NCBI RefSeq assembly: GCF_030684315.1
Contig: NC_081366.1
Location: 76,973,723-77,037,722 of the forward strand
DNA: 64,000 nt
From: Stegostoma tigrinum
Taxonomy: Eukaryota
Direction of reading: 5' to 3'
Shown here: piece after piece, positions 12,201 through 24,125 of the stretch
How positions within the stretch are numbered: position 1 is the stretch's first letter
How the letters are laid out: each line of letters begins with the position of its first letter
Position numbers and translations under genes: made by a program
The notes under the pieces: generated by a model
The model's input: the letters and a program-made list of their open reading frames with translations, nothing else
Databases searched by the model: none
What the model was told of the DNA's origin: nothing

Positions 12201-14036
12201 GTTAGATTATCTCCAGTAAGAAGTCACTACCAGTCATATGTTTCACAAGTATCACTTGCCATTTGTCAGTCCATGTTTGCATGCTGTCCAGATCTTGTTG
12301 CACGTGAACATGGAGGGCTTCAGCATCTGGGAAGTCATGGATGGTATTGAACATTTTGCAATCATCAGCAAACATGCCCACTTCTTATAATAGCAATGAT
12401 GAGGTAGCTTATAATAATTGATTTTATTATGTAATAACTGATAATAATTGACGAGGTATCTTAAGACACTACCCTTAAGAATTCCTGCAGATATATGTCC
12501 TGGAGCTGAGATGACTGACCTCCAACAACCACATCCATCTTCCTGTGTTCCAGCCAGCAGAGTTTGCCCCTGATTTCTATAGATTCCAGTTTTGCTCGAG
12601 CTCCTTAATGTCACACTCTGGCAAATATGGCCTTGATGTCAAAGGCTGATCACTCTCACCTCACCTCTGGAATTCAGATCTTTTGACCATGCTTGGACCA
12701 AGGCTGTAATGAGGTTAGAATGTTGCTAAGGGAAGGGTGGAACTGTTTTGTATGTTCTTTGCTATCCCATGATTCTATTAAACCATTGCTTTGAAACTTA
12801 ACTGTGAGGAAATATTGACATCAATAAGCATTTTTAAACAATAATGTACTAAACAAGGCAGCAGAAACATTGATGTAAACCAAATGTTTCAATTTCTTAA
12901 TGCAGCAAATTTCAGTGAGATGCTGAGCCTGAACACCAGACAGGAATCCTTCTACGAAAACGTCTATCATAAGGTATCTGGACAAAAATCCTAAATTTAG
13001 ACCATGGGAGGGGTTTCTGTACCATACCGTTTTGCTAATGAGTTTTGGAAACTGATTGTAGAAATCACAGGGATGTACACTTCAGCAAGTCTTGCCTGTA
13101 TTCAGTGAAATTGTCAGTGATGCAAAGTCTTGCTTTGTCAAACTATAATTCAAAGCAATGATATATCCACTCAATTTTTCACCAATGAACTTGCAATTGG
13201 TTATTAAAACCCATATCAGTAGAAAATTCACAATTTTAGGGATAAAGAGTCACAACTCTTTTTATTCATTCACATGGTGTGGACATTGCTTGCTGGGCCA
13301 GCACTCATTGCCCACGAAAAAGCGGTAACGAGCTGCCTTCTTGAACCACTGCACTCCATTTGGTTTTGGTAGGCTGACAATGCTATTAAAGTGCAAGTTC
13401 CAGATTTTGACTCAGCAATTTATGTCCAAATCAGGAAGCCGAGTGGTTTGAAATTAGTTCTGCATTCCAGCTTCTTTTATTTTACATCTAACATCTGAGC
13501 AGATGCTTGAAAATCCTCATATCAATTAGGTTTCTGGGTTTACTTCAAAAGATTTTTATTTCAGCAAAACCAAGGAAGGAACAGCAAAGTTTGATGACAT
13601 TGCCTGGAATCATATTTTGGAGATATTTGGGAATTACAGAAATGTTTGATTTCTTGCACTTTTCAAAATAAATCATGTTGGAAAAAAGGTGCACACAAAG
13701 AGTAGCCTATTTAGCCCCTCAAACCATTCAACTATATCATTTTATTGTCACTTTCAAAGATATGTTTTTGAATCCTTCATCATATTAAAATATAAATAGT
13801 AGATAGCCTATTTCTTCTGTCTTGTAAATTGTACATCTTTCTGTATCCTTGTCCAACCCCTCCATCCGGAGTTCTATTCATCCAGCTCATTGTAATAATG
13901 GTCTTTACCTGCCTTGTCTCTTTTAATTTCCATTTTGCATTGCTCTACATTGATTGCTTTTGCACAGGCTAAAGAGATAGAGAATGATTTTCTGAAGACT
14001 ATAGGGAATGTCAAAACAATACAGGACACTTACTAA
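3258..14036 (+). CDS. Multi-exon Ig-superfamily type I membrane protein, L-V-C1-C1-C1-TM-cytoplasmic ITIM (non-rearranging antigen-receptor/IgH-like, SIRP-like architecture), ~541 aa; join(3258..3294,3437..3802,4299..4616,6771..7085,9611..9931,10383..10514,12906..12973,13968..14036)
   Basis: All introns are GT-AG. Junctions between leader, domain and TM exons are phase 1, as is typical for IgSF genes. The joined frame is open over 1626 nt, with canonical Ig Cys/Trp motifs in four domains. Confidence 0.85.
3351..3362 (+). promoter_or_regulatory. IRF-E/ISRE-like element in IgSF intron 1
   Basis: GAAAGTGAAACC matches the IRF1/2 consensus GAAA(G/C)(T/C)GAAA(G/C)(T/C). Confidence 0.4.
3437..3802 (+). 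CDS. IgSF gene exon 2, V-set domain with germline-encoded J-like G strand
   Basis: Polypyrimidine tract plus ttcag acceptor. Motifs REGDTVRLAC, LTW, RFSG..EFTLTI, DSMRFYC, CGCAVTLNV. Donor CCAG|gtcggt. Confidence 0.92.
4299..4616 (+). CDS. IgSF gene exon 3, C1-set constant domain 1
   Basis: Motifs PPSVRLLQPS, LACVVSDFYP, VSW, GSYTIISELTV, YTCLVSH. NAGNAG acceptor (aag/cag) and donor G|gtaagt. Confidence 0.93.
4765..4940. mobile_element. Palindromic Penelope-derived mini-element with decayed hammerhead motifs
   Basis: caggtttatttgaatcacaagctttcggagc is inverted relative to gctatgaaaggttgtgatttcaaataaacctg. Confidence 0.6.
5008..5460 (+). mobile_element. CR1 LINE 3' end
   Basis: [46 protein letters not shown]; ends in a ttctatg tail. 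Confidence 0.92.
6771..7085 (+). CDS. IgSF gene exon 4, C1-set constant domain 2 (IgH CH-like)
   Basis: Motifs PSIYMFPPTFEEI, TATIVCLAVGFYP, FSW, GSYTSRSELTV, EWESGSLYTCQIQH. tttag acceptor and G|gtaagg donor. Confidence 0.95.
7188..7245. repeat. Degenerate (TTCTAGA/TTCTAGATTC) tandem repeat
   Basis: Five imperfect copies visible. Confidence 0.6.
8023..9080 (-). mobile_element. Degenerate CR1 LINE fragment with Penelope pLTR insert (~8570-8665)
   Basis: Reverse complement resembles the CR1 3' region (ccaggcagcatcctggtgaatctcctttgcaccctctc; VDKVVKK). Confidence 0.75.
9611..9931 (+). CDS. IgSF gene exon 5, C1-set constant domain 3
   Basis: Motifs KPVIHLIAP, MTCLVSDFYPADISVTW, QLTVP, EWESNRTYCCEVKH. 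tgtag acceptor and G|gtaaag donor. Confidence 0.93.
10383..10514 (+). CDS. IgSF gene exon 6, transmembrane segment
   Basis: IMVPLCIVAAVSGLLLIITAVTMIC followed by KK stop-transfer. acag acceptor and G|gtaagt donor, phase 1 on both sides. Confidence 0.88.
11575..12716 (-). mobile_element. Degenerate CR1/L2-clade LINE, RT and 3' end
   Basis: GILKGSVL (PQGSVL remnant); similar to 50455-51590 and 31940-32615. Confidence 0.75.
12906..12973 (+). CDS. IgSF gene exon 7, cytoplasmic, ITIM-like SFYENV
   Basis: tttcttaatgcag acceptor. Reads in frame as ANFSEMLSLNTRQESFYENVYHK. Donor AAG|gtatct. Confidence 0.75.
13968..14036 (+). CDS. IgSF gene probable last coding exon (AKEIENDFLKTIGNVKTIQDTY*)
   Basis: Long polypyrimidine tract plus cacag. 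Only the phase-0 frame is open, which matches the exon 7 donor. AATAAA lies ~225 nt downstream. Confidence 0.6.
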   Translation, partial: AKEIENDFLKTIGNVKTIQDTY

Positions 14037-14261
14037 CAAGAGTTTGATTTTAGCAGTGAAGAGAAAATCTTCATCGAGGTTGCAGAACATTATCTTCAAT
14101 GAAAACCTCGACCTGGGTAGTGATCAGGAGTAAAAGATGACGTAGAATCTTGTTGGAGATGGACAGATCCTGGTATATATTAAGCAAATTGCACAATTTG
14201 TGTTTAAAGGATAATACATATTCCCACTGCTTGCTCAGTTTACAGTGCAATTTTTACAAGG

Positions 14262-14267
14262 AATAAA
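14262..14267 (+). terminator. Putative polyadenylation signal of the IgSF gene
   Basis: AATAAA downstream of the stop codon, followed by a T-rich tract. Confidence 0.5.
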
Positions 14268-15244
14268 GAATGTTGATCTAGAATTAATTTTTTCATTTCA
14301 ATATATGGTTGCCAATGGAGTTCTTAAGTATCCAGGACTAAGGCTAGTTGTTGAGCTTCAGCCAGTTGTCAGTTTACTTGAGGGACATCTTTGGAAATGG
14401 ATGATGCATTGAACATTGGAAATTATAAATGGCTAAGCCCCTGGTTTGACGTGAGTTTTTCTATTGGGAATTGGGATTTGGCATTTATCCCACTGATATA
14501 GAACAATGCCTTTCTTGTTTCAATGGGAAACGTTAAGACACAACCCTTCTACACCTATCCAAAATGGTTAACAAAACTCAAAACCAGTAATTATACTTGA
14601 ACAGGTGTTGACAAAAATGACAGACCCTGCCATCACATGTAATAGAAAACAATTCTACACAAGATCTGAACTTGTGAATGTCAGTAAATGGTTCCCTCGC
14701 TAAAGGTTGGACCAAAGAGAGGCCTTTAAGACTTTAAAAGGATTTCATAAGATAATTGCAGATGTGTCAGTTTTTGGGGGAAATTAAAAGCAGCACTCAT
14801 AAATGTGAGATATTCTTTAATGTATCCAATAAGGAATTCAGGAGAATCCTCTTCAGCTACAGTGTTTAGAATGCAGAACCGGCTCCGACAGAATAACTGA
14901 ATGAAACGCTGAATGAAATACCATAGACACATTCAAGGGGAAATTAGATAAAACACGTGAAGCAAACAGATAAAGGATATGTTGATGGGATTAAATGAAA
15001 TAAGGTGAGAGCACTTGTATGGAGTATAAACACCATTATAGGCTAGTTACACACCCACCACTATTCTATGAAGGAAGATTTCAACTAAATAGAACAGGAA
15101 GTGTAAATAAGATGAGATCATTAAATTCAAATTACAGTGATCTATGATTAAAACAGTAACCAATTCTGTATTACACGAGACTAATAGGTGAAGCCAAAAT
15201 GAGAATTATTGCTTAAATCAAATGTATCATTAAACTGGCATTTT

Positions 15245-15570
15245 TAAAATTCATTAATGGGATGGCAGCATCACTGGCCAGGCCAGTATTTGTTGGCCAT
15301 CCCAGAGGACAGATTACAGTCAATCACATTGCTGTGGGTCTGCAGATACGTGGAGTCTAGAGAACATGATGGTATTTAGAGGTCATTTGAGAACCAGATG
15401 GGTTTTTCTGACAATTGACAATGGTCACCATTAGACTCTTAATTACAGATTTTCACTGAATTAAAATTCCACCATCCTATGGTAGGATTCAAACCCGGAC
15501 CTCCAGAACATTACCCAGGTCTCTGGACTAACAGTGCAGCGATAATACGACTAGGACATCACCTCCCTAA
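15245..15570 (-). mobile_element. tRNA-derived SINE with LINE-derived 3' end
   Basis: B-box-like GGGTTTGAATCC on the - strand. The tail is shared with the LINE at 11575. Related copies lie at 41520-41795 and 47560-47875. Confidence 0.65.
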
Positions 15571-16039
15571 AATTGATAATTATATCAAATTTTGAAAGTA
15601 AACAGTCCTGCTTTTAATAACGATACAACTTTAAACTTAAACAATGAATTGTTATTGTGCTTAATGTTCATCCTTTAGCAGTCAACCAAACAGGACACTT
15701 TTGATAGCCCTTCTTTTGTAACTTAATCTGCTAGATTGCAGTCCTGTAACATTCCAATTTTTTTTAGCAGCTGAATTGTTTTAGGAAAAAACTCAAAGAT
15801 GTGAACTTGATTTTGAAAACATTGCAACTGAATGAAAAAAAAACGAACAAATTCACAAGCTTATGGGCAACTTGAATTGGAATCACAAACAGAACACAAT
15901 TAAACACAGCTTTAATTAATATCTTAGACAGTGACTTAGAGCAGATTCCCAAATGTCAGGATTGAAACACATCATCTGTACTTCAACGTCACCATCTTTA
16001 AAAGTCACACGTTACCAGGTTATAGCCCAACAGGTTATT

Positions 16040-16325
16040 TCAAGTCACTGCTCCCTGTTCAATTCCATCCTCAGGCCACTGTCTGTATGTTCGAGAGAAT
16101 TTTCTCCAGGTGCCCCAGTTTCCTCTCCACAGTCCAAATATGTGCAGGGTTGGTGGACTGGCCATGTTAAATTACCCCTGTCCAGGGATGTGCAAACTAG
16201 CTAGTGTATTCAGGGTTACAAGGATAGGACAGGGGGGTCGGTCTGGGTGGGATGGTCTTCAGAGGATTGGTGTGGACTTGATGAGCTGATGGCCTGCTTC
16301 TACTCTGTGGTGATTCTACGATTCT
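16040..16325 (+). mobile_element. V-SINE (shark HE1-like), partial
   Basis: V-domain ccagtttcctctccacagtccaaa..gtgcagg and a CR1-type tail. Confidence 0.75.
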
Positions 16326-17229
16326 AAGTCCTGTTTTCACTAAATCACCAATTATGTAGCTTATAAAATAAACCTGGTTGATGAATCTTATTTTAATCCA
16401 AATGTATATAACTGGGCATTTGGTAACAGTGCAAAGCATTTTAAGTTCCTGTTGTGGTCAATGGAGTAGTAGAGCTGGAAGGACAGCACACTCCACCAAC
16501 CTTCCTCATTAGAAATAAAGTTAGGCACAGACGGTTTTGAAATATTCCATTTACAAGATTCATTATCTGATAAATGATTAAATAATCTCTAGTTATAGAT
16601 TGAAAACTGATGGTGAACATATTTGAAAAACAGATCTGAAGGAGTAGATATAAAATATTAACTTTGTAACAGGCAAAGCATGATACATTCATCTTCTGCA
16701 AAGATCAAAAGAGGCGTGTATGTGAATATGATAATCGAAGGAGATTTTGAAAAGTGTGTGGTTACTTAAAGGATATACAACGCCTGAGGTAGGTTAGTAA
16801 CTTATGAGATGTCATAACCTTAATACACAATATTTGAAGAAGGGATTGAGTGGAAAAGCACATTTACCAAGACTGAGTTGGTTGTCAGATGACAATGGAA
16901 GAAACTGAACTCATATCATGTTTCACATCTTAAAAGTATCCCACTGATTTTTCATTTCTCAAACTATCCCAATAAAGCACTTAAGATGGCAGACGCAACT
17001 TTAACGAAAGGAAATGCAGCAACCAATTTTCTCATAGCAAGAGCCTGGCAATAGTAAAAAAGGGCCTTTATTGACACTGACTGCAAGATAAATTGGCTAG
17101 AGCATCAGAAACACTCCCTTCCTCCTCTTAAAATAGAACTGTGCGATATTTACACTCATCTGCACTAATCAGTCAGGCCTGGATTTAACAGTTCATTGAA
17201 AGATTGCACTTCCAATTCAAGTTGGCCCA

Positions 17230-19210
17230 AATAGACTGGGAGCAGCTACCTGCAGATAAAAACTGTGCCAGTAGCCAGAGTACAGGGCAAATATGTTCCA
17301 GTAAAAAAGGGTCCAAGACGGGATGATTGGGACATCAAAATTAGGATGAAGAATAAAACAAAAACTTACAGGAGATAAGGAGGGCTCAATCCTGCAAAGA
17401 CTACAGGAGTATAAAAAGAGCAAAGGAATTCAAAAAGGAAAGTAGGAAAGAAAAAAGCTTCAAGATGAATTGAGAAAGCGTCCGCATAAAGATTAAAGGA
17501 AAACCCACATATGTGTCTATTTTTGAAACCAGCTAGGGAAAGAGTAAGGCACATGGAAAAGGATGACATAGGTACAGACATGAAGGTGGAGGAGTGCAAA
17601 ATAACAGAAGAAAGAAACAGTGGTGCTAGCAAGTATAACAGCTTTAAAAGTAGATAAATCCATAGGCCCAGAGGAAATGTATTCCATGCAGTTGAGGGAA
17701 GCAAGGGATAACATAGCAGGGGACCTGACAGTAACTTTCACATGCTAAGGTGCCAGAGACTGGAAGACAATGTCCACGCGTTATGAAAAAGTGAGGATGG
17801 GATAGACCAGAAAGTTAGAAGCCAGTCAGTCTAACCTCAGTGGTGCATCACAGAATCCCCACACTGTGGGGGAAGTCATCAGAAAGTTTAATGGTCAGAA
17901 CATATTTTAAATTACACGGTGTGGAGCTGGATGAACACAGCAGGCCAAGCAGCATCAGAGGAGCAGGGATGCTTGACGTTTCGGGTCGGGACCCTTCTTC
18001 ACAGCGTGTTATCTCAGATTCTCCAGCATCAGCAGTTCCTACTATCTCTAGAACATATTTTAACTTGGAGAAACATTGTTTAACCAGCATGGATTTTTAA
18101 GGGAAGGTAGTGCCTGATAAGTCTGATCAAATCTTTTGAGTTGGTAACTAGGGAATATTGATCCTTTGATGTGGTTTACATGGACTTAAGCAAGTCATTT
18201 CATGGCAGGTTGGAGCTCAAGGGATCCAAAGCAAAATCATGTTGGTTCCAAAACTGGCAGGGAGGCAGGAGGGAAGAGGGTGATAGTGGACAGATGTGTG
18301 TGTGACTGGAAGTCTATTTCCAGTATAGATTCTTCAGGGCTTAGTCCTGTATGTTTTGCTGTTTATGGTGTACGTTAACAAATTGGATTCAAATACAGAA
18401 GGTATTTAAGGTGATAAATAGTGAGGAAATCAAGATTTGTCAAAAGGAATTCAACCCTGAAAACTAAGGTTATGCCGCTGGGGAGGTCTACCGAGGCAAA
18501 GAGGTTGAACAATGAATGGAAAGCACTGAAGATTGCAAGGACCATGCTGTATATATCGACTGATCCTCGAAGGTAGCAGGACAGGTATTTAAGGTGGTTA
18601 AGAAGGCATCTAGGATACTTGCCTTTTGTTAGCCGAGGCATAATACAAAACAAGGATGTTATGCCAGATCTATATAAAACACTGGTTAGGCCACAACCAA
18701 AACCGCGTGTAATTCTGGTCAATACATCATAGGAAGAATGTGATTGCAGTATGAAGGATGCAAAGATTTGCCAGGATGCTGCCTGGGCTGAAGGGTCTAA
18801 GCTAGGATGAAATTTGGTAGGCTGGGGTTGTTATCCTTGGAAGCTTTAATGGTTGAGAAGGGGCCTGATAAAGGTGTATAACATTATGAAATGCACAGCT
18901 TGGATGATAGAAAGGCACCTTTTTCCCATTAGTAGAAGGTTCATTAGCTGGGGTTATAGATTTAAGGTTCAAGGTAGAGGATAATAGGAAATGGAGTACT
19001 TATTTAAGAAAACACCCAGCTTGGAATTCATTGCCTAAAACAGTGGTTGAATCATATTGTAACATTTTTAGCACTGTTTATTCACTTGCATTGCCATAGC
19101 CTCCAGGATCAAGGGTCAAGAGGTGGAAAATGGGATTATTGTGGTCAGATGTTTGTTGGCTAGCACAGACACGATGAATTGAATGGCCCCCTGCTGCGTT
19201 GCAAGGATCT
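17230..19210 (+). mobile_element. Degenerate CR1 LINE ORF2 fragment
   Basis: Remnants ccagtcagtctaacctcagtggtg, tataaaacactggttaggccaca, ccaggatgctgcctggg; many frameshifts. Confidence 0.75.
17911..18049. mobile_element. Penelope-derived mini-element with hammerhead motif, 14-bp TSD
   Basis: TSD agaacatattttaa at 17897-17910 and 18050-18063. Confidence 0.85.
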
Positions 19211-20697
19211 ATGAGTCAACAACTGCACGCATGCAGCACTGAACTGTCGAGAGATGCATGAAGTTTGGAATTGGGCTTGAACCCATGCTCTTCTTATTGA
19301 GAGGCAAGAATCCTGCTGCTAACCCAAGACTGACATTTGGTGACTGGTGAAGGAGTATTAAAACTAGAACAGACCAAAAATGAACCGAGGCACAAGAGGG
19401 AGTTAAACAGATGTTGAGATGCATTAATATAGAATTGTGGAAGTTAAAAATGACTGATTTCTAATTTTTAAAAAAGCCAACTGCTCAGAACACAATATAA
19501 TTTGAAAAGCAATATTTCATTTCACCCACCTGATACACTCTTGGATGTTCAGCTCAGGTGGCAAATCTCTCATGGTTTATTTTTGTCACTGCTTTTCAAA
19601 TAGAGGTACATCAGTATTAACTTACCTTTGCAAATGGACCATAATTTGGGAAGCATAAAGTTATCAAACTTAATAGGAAGGACGGAAAAAAGTGGAGACC
19701 AATAAATGTTGGTATTATGGAATTCTGGAATTCCAAATTCCAAAGCACTCTGGATGCTGAGTCAATGACGATATTCAAAGCTGAGAATGGATGATTTTGG
19801 TTATGAAAGGATCAAAGGATATTGAATTAGAGAAAATAGAATTGATGGAATAGTTTAGTCTGATCTTACTGACTGGTGGAGTAGGTTGAAAGTATTGTAT
19901 GTTCTACGCCCGCTCCGATTGACTAGATAAATTAAAAGTTGATATTTTTGTGATAATCCAATTTTCAGCTGTATTAATAAAACTGCAGGCTACCATTCTG
20001 AAACACATCAATACGTTTTTTTTAAACACAAGGACAAGTTATATTCTGTTATGGTGTCCAAATGCATTGATTCTTTTAGTTTCTTGATATTTCAAAGTAG
20101 TTTGAGTGGAAACTTGAACTCCAACTGCATGTTTAAAAAAATCAGAACAATTTATACTTAATCTTTCATCTGCAGTATTAACATTTACCAGCTACCCTAA
20201 CCCACCCAAAATGCACAAACTGGGGCTGTGTCTGATGGCAAAGTAGTCAGATAGTCTGTTTTTGACAAGGCTGGTTAAGGAATTAAGTCTGGACAGGGAC
20301 TCCAGCAAAATACTATGCCCTTTAGCACAATGTCACTGATACACCTATCAGGTAGACATGCCACAATGTGACAACTTCTCTCAAAAATGTAACATACCCC
20401 AACACCAGACTGAAGTGTTAGCCTAGATTACTTGTTTAAATTCTGCAGTGGGATTTGAATTTACACCGTTTTTCAGTGGAGAGAAATCAGTAGCAAACTG
20501 AGCCACGAGAGATAGACCATAAGTCTGTTGTGTTTTACTTTTGTGATCTTCTGTTTTTACATAAACTAATCAAACACTGCTCTCAAATTCTTGCTTTTAT
20601 CTTTCTCAGCACTTCAAGCTTTATCACCCTTATACTTGCTAGGCAAAAAAAAGTTGATTCTCCTAACACCATCTTGCACCAGTAACAATATAAAAGT

Positions 20698-20703
20698 TTT
20701 ATT
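20698..20703 (-). terminator. Putative distal poly(A) signal of MATR3
   Basis: AATAAA on the - strand followed by GU/U-rich downstream sequence, at the end of a ~3.4 kb repeat-free region. Confidence 0.4.
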
Positions 20704-23700
20704 GTGTAGTGTTCAGGCATAACAGGCTCTCCATTCCAGCCAACCTTCTCAACAGCACAATTTTAAACAAACAAAATAAATCAACAATTTCACATTTTAT
20801 CATTTTATCATTTAAAGCTGGTTTTCCAACTGATCCTGGACACATTAAAGTTGAAGAAAGAGTTTAAAAGCAAACCGTTTTTAACAACACTGCAATCAAA
20901 CATGAAATAAAAGGAAGCCGGCCCACTTCATTAACTATCAGTTTTCAAATCACTAAGTTACTCACCAATTTACTGCTTATTGCAGTATTCCACGTTTAGC
21001 TGTTCTCAGAAATGCCATACATCCCTTGGGAATCACAGATCACTTCTAAGAGGGAACATTTTGCTTTCACATGCTTCCCAAGAATTGGGAACACTTATCT
21101 GACTAGGCCAGAAAGATTCTCCTGATAGGGTAATCTAGCAATCAATTCTGGCCATCTATTTGGAAGGCAAGTGATCTACCAAGGCTTCTTTGTACAACAT
21201 CTGGTTCATTACAGATCAAAATCAAAAGAAAAATTTCAACAAGTTTGAATACAAAACAATGTCTGTACCAAAGACCACAGATTTAAACAAGAAGCAAGAG
21301 TACATCACAGTTCTAATCGGCAATGATTTAGTATGTCTGTATACTTTAAATACCAACACCATCTCTCAGAAGTTTACTAAATACACTCTTAGATCTAATA
21401 AACAAGCATGCTTGCTCTTAGAAATGCAAAAGCAAGTATTTCAGTTCAATTGCAAATGAAGATTAGAATCTGGTTTTGACTGTGTCAAACTGAAAATGAG
21501 TCACATTACATAAAATTTGGGTCAGTAAAAGAAAGCTCAAATGTTCTCAAATCTGATCTTTTGACACCTTGTCAAGTTGAAAAATCAGTTTTTGTGGCAA
21601 TTCTGAGCTATAAGACTTTCAGAATGCCACTGTATGTTCCGTATAGACAGTTTAAGCTTTTTTCAAACAATGTGAATTCCTATACTTTCTAAATACTGCA
21701 CAATGCGGTACTTAGAAAATATGCAACTGACAAAAATGTTTGAGGCTTAATTAATCCAATGGTGTCAAACTATTACTTCAAATTACTTTGGCTCTTTTGG
21801 GATTTACAATTTTTTTATTGATGGCAAAAATATCTTGAATATCTTTATGACAATATGCAAGAATTTACACAATGACATGCATGACATCAGAAACATGAAT
21901 ATCTAAAAATAAGCTACAATTGCACAAGGCTTTGGATAACATGACATCTGAATTTAAACCAACGTAGTTCATGCCCCTTTATTATCCGTTTGGCAAGTTC
22001 TTATACTGAACGCAGCATAAAAGTCAGTGAAATAAATTTAGCAAAATACCCCCCATTTTTCCATCCCACTCTGGTGATTTCTAAATTAGGGTTTCCCAAA
22101 GTGGGGGCTTGGGAGGTCCAACTGAGGTCTTGAGCTGAAATTTTGGGGTCACAAGCTCTTGGTAGTAAGGGTCCCTGAAGAACTCTGAACTATAATAGCT
22201 ATGCTTCCCTGTAACTGGCCCTTGCTCTCTTAGTTCTCACTCAGGGGTCACAGCAAATTTCAAGCCTCACGTTTCCTAGCTCTAAACGGTCTCAGGTAGT
22301 CACTTTGTATGGAGACCCTGATTTCACCACGCACGCCAGATATTTTGCTACAATCTAAATGATTGAACTAAAGTACAAAGATCCCAAGAAGCCAAATGGA
22401 GTGCCCATACCACAGCATGGATAGTGTCCTGAAATAATCTACTTCGGTCTAGAAAACACATTAATGGGGACTTCCAAAATACACTTTTTTATTGCATTCC
22501 AGATTTAGAATTTTGATTAATCCAAATTTGATGAGGTTGCCACATATTACTTGAGGGCTAGACAAGTTAACGGAAAATGCAGCATCTCATGTACACCCTA
22601 AAATTGATACATTAGACAGATCTTAAAAATACCTATTCCACTATTCAATCATTGACCAAATCTCTGACAATTATGGTTATGTGCCTTAAAAACCGGCTGT
22701 TACATTAACTGATCGCTTGGTCCTAAAGAGAACTGAATATGACAGTAGTCAATAAAATGAGCTAAATATGCTCTGCTATGAACAAAATTCATACAACCAG
22801 GCATGATATTTGGAAAACACTCTTCATTGCAGACTGAGATTTGTTATGTTATAATTGCTTGTTTACCAAATATCACACTAAGTGTTGAAAAATGGTTCTT
22901 TAGCATGCTTACAAAAGTAAAAATGGCAGAGTACTTGCAGTACATAACCTTATTCTCTGAAAAAAGTAACATTCACAAAAACATGAATTACTGCTAATCC
23001 AAAAGGAGGGGAAGAGCCAAAACAATCCCAAGTATGTTGCACTTAGCACATGTAAATTGCCCAGACAATGACATTTCTTATAGCTGGTTTATACTGCAGG
23101 CGACAATAATTCCTACTTGAAGATGGAAATTCAGTGACTGAATGAAGCAACAACTACTACTTTAAAACAAAAACAGAATATGTTATGTTTTTCCAATGTT
23201 TATATGTATGTTAAAGGAAAAAAAATCTCCAAAATATTTGCTTAGTTTGGGCTGAGATGGATGGATATCAGTGTTGGTCCAATATATCACAACCCAGATT
23301 ACAAACTCTCTACTTATGGTTTTACAATTGAAAACACAACTGACAACTTAGTATTCTAACTTAAATCAGTGAAGGAACAATGATGGATGAGATTAATTCC
23401 CATTTAATCTTGCATTCATTCTTGTAATGGATTTCTTTCTAAACAGTATTTTACTTTTTCCAGTTACGGCCAGTTACATTGTCAACATTTATATTAGCTC
23501 AACAAAACATAACTAGCAATGAATGATTAAAAGCTTCATGTCTCCACAAGCCAATCACAGATATTTAACCAGAGACAAATACCATATGTTAGAAGTTCAA
23601 CGTTTTGGGCTTTTATTTTAAACAGGTGTTAACAAATCAAACTTTTAAAAAAATGTTTTGAAGCTTCATACTGCTAGCACTGAAAACATTATCACTGTTG

Positions 23701-24125
23701 CATAAAAAATAATCAATATAGTTAAGTGTTGAGAAGCAATTTACTGTGAGAAGACGATAACGAGTTTGAGATCAACACTGTAGGATATAATTGGATTGAA
23801 GCACAGGTCTGTGTTTCACTGCTGGAAGAAAGTGATTATTGCAGTTCATTCAAAAGGGTTGACTTGTCTCATCTAGGAACTTAATGAAGCTTCAAAACGA
23901 AAAAGAAACATGAACATTAAAGTTATAATCTATCATCAATGTTTCAAAATTCAAACTTTCTTACAGCCCTAAGTTGTTCAACATTACAGCACGATACTCA
24001 TATAAATCTTTCTAGTTTAAAAACTGCAAAAAGCTCATATCCATCTGGGTTGTCAGATTGTGTTCAATGTTTTGGGTAATACTGGAATTATGCTTCTCAA
24101 TGTTTTGCTCAGTTCTTATGTTCGG

